Source of the DNA: Candidatus Cloacimonadales bacterium
GTDB lineage: Bacteria; Cloacimonadota; Cloacimonadia; Cloacimonadales; JAFGVF01
Assembly (NCBI GenBank): GCA_963663475.2
Contig: CAXXJV010000002.1
Location: forward strand, 128,001-192,000
Length of the DNA stretch: 64,000 bases
Direction: 5' to 3'
The translations under genes were made by a program, and so were the position numbers. Under the pieces are notes generated by a model that was not told the DNA's origin, made no database searches, and saw only the letters and a program-made list of their open reading frames with translations. The stretch's first letter is position 1, and the number at the start of each line of letters is the position of its first letter. This document shows positions 61,352 through 64,000 of the stretch, piece after piece.

Positions 61352-63838
61352 ATGAAAGAACGAATTTTTATAGTATTAATGATTTGTATTGCTTTTGTAG
61401 GCGCTTATGCTCAAAATGAACAACTAACTCCTCCGACTGATTTAACATATAATGTAGGGGCTGATTTTGTTGAATTATCATGGTCTGGTCCACAATCCGT
61501 AGTAAGTAATTCATTTAACTTAAACTGGGGTATTCCAACAAATTTCCAAAATATTGATAATGATGGTGATGGTGAAAGCTGGCAAGAAATTAATGAGGCT
61601 GGTTTTTTAAATACTGGAGCTGCTATAAGCTATATGTCTAATACTGGTAATCCAGAAGATGTTGATAACTGGTTAATAACTATTCCTTATGACATTACAG
61701 AAGACTCTCATTTGATTCTCCATGTAAAATCTTTAGATAGTGGAATGAATCAAGAGTTTGAAGTATTAGTTAATAGTCAAGGCATTGATGTTAGTGACTT
61801 TGATGATGTAATATATAGTGGAAGTGTTTCTGATAATGAGATGCAAAGAATTGATATTGATTTAAGTAATTATGGAGAAAGCCAACTATTCTTTGCATTC
61901 AGACATACTAATAGTCAGGATTCTGGACTTGTTTTAGATGAAATTTGGTTAACTAATTTGCAAGAACCTGAAGAAAGAAATGATAGAGATGACTTACTCT
62001 ATGGTTTTAATATATACAAAGATAATGTTTTAGTTGGCTTTAACACGGGGCAGATGTTTTTTGATTTCCAACCTCTTATAGGAACAAGTGAGTACTATGT
62101 TACAAGTCTTTATAACAATGGTGAATCTCAACCTTCTACGAGTGTTTTTGTTGAATTCGGTAGTGTAGTGGAATCAGATGAGTCGTTTGAAGATGGAATT
62201 TTACCTGACTATTGGCAGATTATTGATAATGGTAACTTCCCTTTCTGGAAAGTATCTACATCAGAACCAAACTCAGGGGATTATTCTGTTTCTATAAGTG
62301 CTTATGGCCCTCAAGATGACTGGTTAATTACCCCCATGTTATCTCCTAATGAGATGGAGTCTACTCTTTCATTTTATGCTAAAGCAGATGTTTTTGAGCC
62401 TAATACCGCTATTTTAGATGTCTGGGTTTCTACTGAAAGTAACAATATTGAAGATTTTACTGATTTACTAGATGAAATCAATTTTACTGATGGTGAATAT
62501 CAAGAATATTCTTATTCTTTAGCAAACTATATTGATCAGCAAATTTATATTGCTTATCAATTTATGGGAGATCAGATTTCCTCAGTCTATATGGATGATA
62601 TTACCCATCCTCCAATAATAACACCTAATAACAGTATAGCTGTTTCTGATATCACTGTAGAAGATTTTCTACAAGTAGGTGTTAGTAATGAAGTTACATG
62701 TAGTATCATAAATAAAGGTTCTTATCCAATAGATGGTTATGTAGCTGATCTTGTTGATAGTGATAGTGGTGAGATTTTAGCTTCTTATCAAGGTGGATTC
62801 GTCATTCCTGGTATGAATGAGGAAATTTCAATTACTTATATTCCGCAACAAACAGGCATTAAGAATATCCATGTTGAAAGCTCTCTTACAGGGGATCCTT
62901 ACACTTTTGATAATGCTTCTCAAATACACCAAGTTTTTATTCAAGATGAAAATGACTCAGTTATTAGCCTTGGTACTGATAATCAAGTTGAATTAGGACT
63001 TCCTTTTAATATGCTATGGCCATATAATCTGACTCAAACTATTTATCCAAGTTCAGATATTAGTGATTTACAAGCTAATCAGAGTCAGATTACTGGACTT
63101 TCTTACTACTATGCAAACGAATATTCTCCTGAACCACTTGAAATAACCATTTGGTTGGGTGAAACAACTAATACTAACCTTGATGCAGGCTGGGAAAGTT
63201 ATGAAAATTTAACCCAAGTATATAATGGGCCTATTGAAATGGTAACAAATGAATATGTTGAATCTATGATGACTGTAGAGTTTGATCAAGTCTATAATTA
63301 TCGTGGACAAAATTTAGTAATTATGATTTATCGCCAAGACTCTGGAATTCATATTGGGGATAACAACTTGCTTTGTAGTCCGTCAGCTTCTCAAGAAAAT
63401 GTTAGTCTTGTTTTCTTTGATGATGATTTGAATCCTGATCCTCAAAATCCACCTGAAACAGGAAGCTATTGCTTCTTAAGTCAAAACTATCCTAACATAT
63501 CCTTTATTTATAGTGATGGACCTACTGCTAATGAAGAAAATGAAAATATAAGTCCTGTTCAAACACTTATCAAAGGTAATTATCCTAATCCATTTAATCC
63601 AGTAACAAGTATATCTTTCTCTTTAGCAAAGGATTCTTTTGTTGAGATTGAGATATACAACCTCAAAGGACAATTAGTTAAATCTCTTGTTAATGAGAGA
63701 TTAATTTCTGGAAATCATAATGTTGTCTGGAATGGTAAAAACTCACAAGGTCAGATAGTAAGCTCAGGTATCTATTTCTCTAAGCTAAAGACTGATGGAC
63801 AAAATAAATCACTTTCAAAAATGATATTGATAAAGTAA
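61352..63838 (+). CDS. Secreted protein with cleaved-adhesin (choice-of-anchor J)-like and CARDB-like domains and T9SS/FlgD-like CTD
   Basis: DNDGDGESW, DNWLIT, DDWLITP, FAFRH; NYPNPFNP...KMILIK. Confidence 0.8.
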   Translation: MKERIFIVLMICIAFVGAYAQNEQLTPPTDLTYNVGADFVELSWSGPQSVVSNSFNLNWGIPTNFQNIDNDGDGESWQEINEAGFLNTGAAISYMSNTGNPEDVDNWLITIPYDITEDSHLILHVKSLDSGMNQEFEVLVNSQGIDVSDFDDVIYSGSVSDNEMQRIDIDLSNYGESQLFFAFRHTNSQDSGLVLDEIWLTNLQEPEERNDRDDLLYGFNIYKDNVLVGFNTGQMFFDFQPLIGTSEYYVTSLYNNGESQPSTSVFVEFGSVVESDESFEDGILPDYWQIIDNGNFPFWKVSTSEPNSGDYSVSISAYGPQDDWLITPMLSPNEMESTLSFYAKADVFEPNTAILDVWVSTESNNIEDFTDLLDEINFTDGEYQEYSYSLANYIDQQIYIAYQFMGDQISSVYMDDITHPPIITPNNSIAVSDITVEDFLQVGVSNEVTCSIINKGSYPIDGYVADLVDSDSGEILASYQGGFVIPGMNEEISITYIPQQTGIKNIHVESSLTGDPYTFDNASQIHQVFIQDENDSVISLGTDNQVELGLPFNMLWPYNLTQTIYPSSDISDLQANQSQITGLSYYYANEYSPEPLEITIWLGETTNTNLDAGWESYENLTQVYNGPIEMVTNEYVESMMTVEFDQVYNYRGQNLVIMIYRQDSGIHIGDNNLLCSPSASQENVSLVFFDDDLNPDPQNPPETGSYCFLSQNYPNISFIYSDGPTANEENENISPVQTLIKGNYPNPFNPVTSISFSLAKDSFVEIEIYNLKGQLVKSLVNERLISGNHNVVWNGKNSQGQIVSSGIYFSKLKTDGQNKSLSKMILIK

Positions 63839-63888
63839 ATAACAAGAAATCTCAGAAAACTGCTAAAAGGCTTAGTAGCATTCTCCTC

Positions 63889-63918
63889 AATGGGTGGGTT
63901 TACCTCACCCATTATTTC
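63889..63918 (+). terminator. Probable intrinsic terminator
   Basis: aatgggtggg-tttac-ctcacccatt followed by a T-rich run. Confidence 0.6.
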
Positions 63919-64000
63919 TTCATCTTCTTTTTAGCTTTTGGGTCTGGAAGCTCTCTTACTGATCTGACAACTAACTCAGTTAACCAATCACTATCTTCGA

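Noticed and set aside
1-64000. tRNA, rRNA or riboswitch genes
   Set aside because: None recognised by eye; tRNAscan/Infernal would be needed to exclude them.

Overview
Low-GC bacterial window, probably Cloacimonadota (FCB group). This is an inference from several secreted proteins carrying 'YPNPFNP...KMILxK' FlgD/T9SS-type C-terminal domains. It holds the start of an IS21 element, housekeeping and proteolysis genes (tldD/pmbA, glmS, typA, trmB, ndk, M42/M28 peptidases), a hybrid histidine kinase, and many intergenic repeats: an IS982-like MITE family with at least 8 copies, a 27-28 bp perfect palindrome in two copies, and a ~38 bp hairpin in four copies. The stand-out feature is a tightly coupled minus-strand operon at ~26.1-37.1 kb with no other flagellar genes in the window. 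It encodes a signal-peptide/FliF-RBM-like/TM/FliG(M+C) fusion, MotA, MotB, an ExeA-type AAA+ ATPase, Wzc, a degenerate SLBB-LCP protein, a Wza-like protein and a propeller/beta-barrel protein. Divergent from it are a ~1550 aa FG-GAP + 9xIg adhesin with a type-B-like CTD and a PorP/PorV-like barrel. This looks like a candidate non-flagellar rotary motor tied to envelope export or surface adhesion. All calls come from reading motifs by eye; no searches were run.
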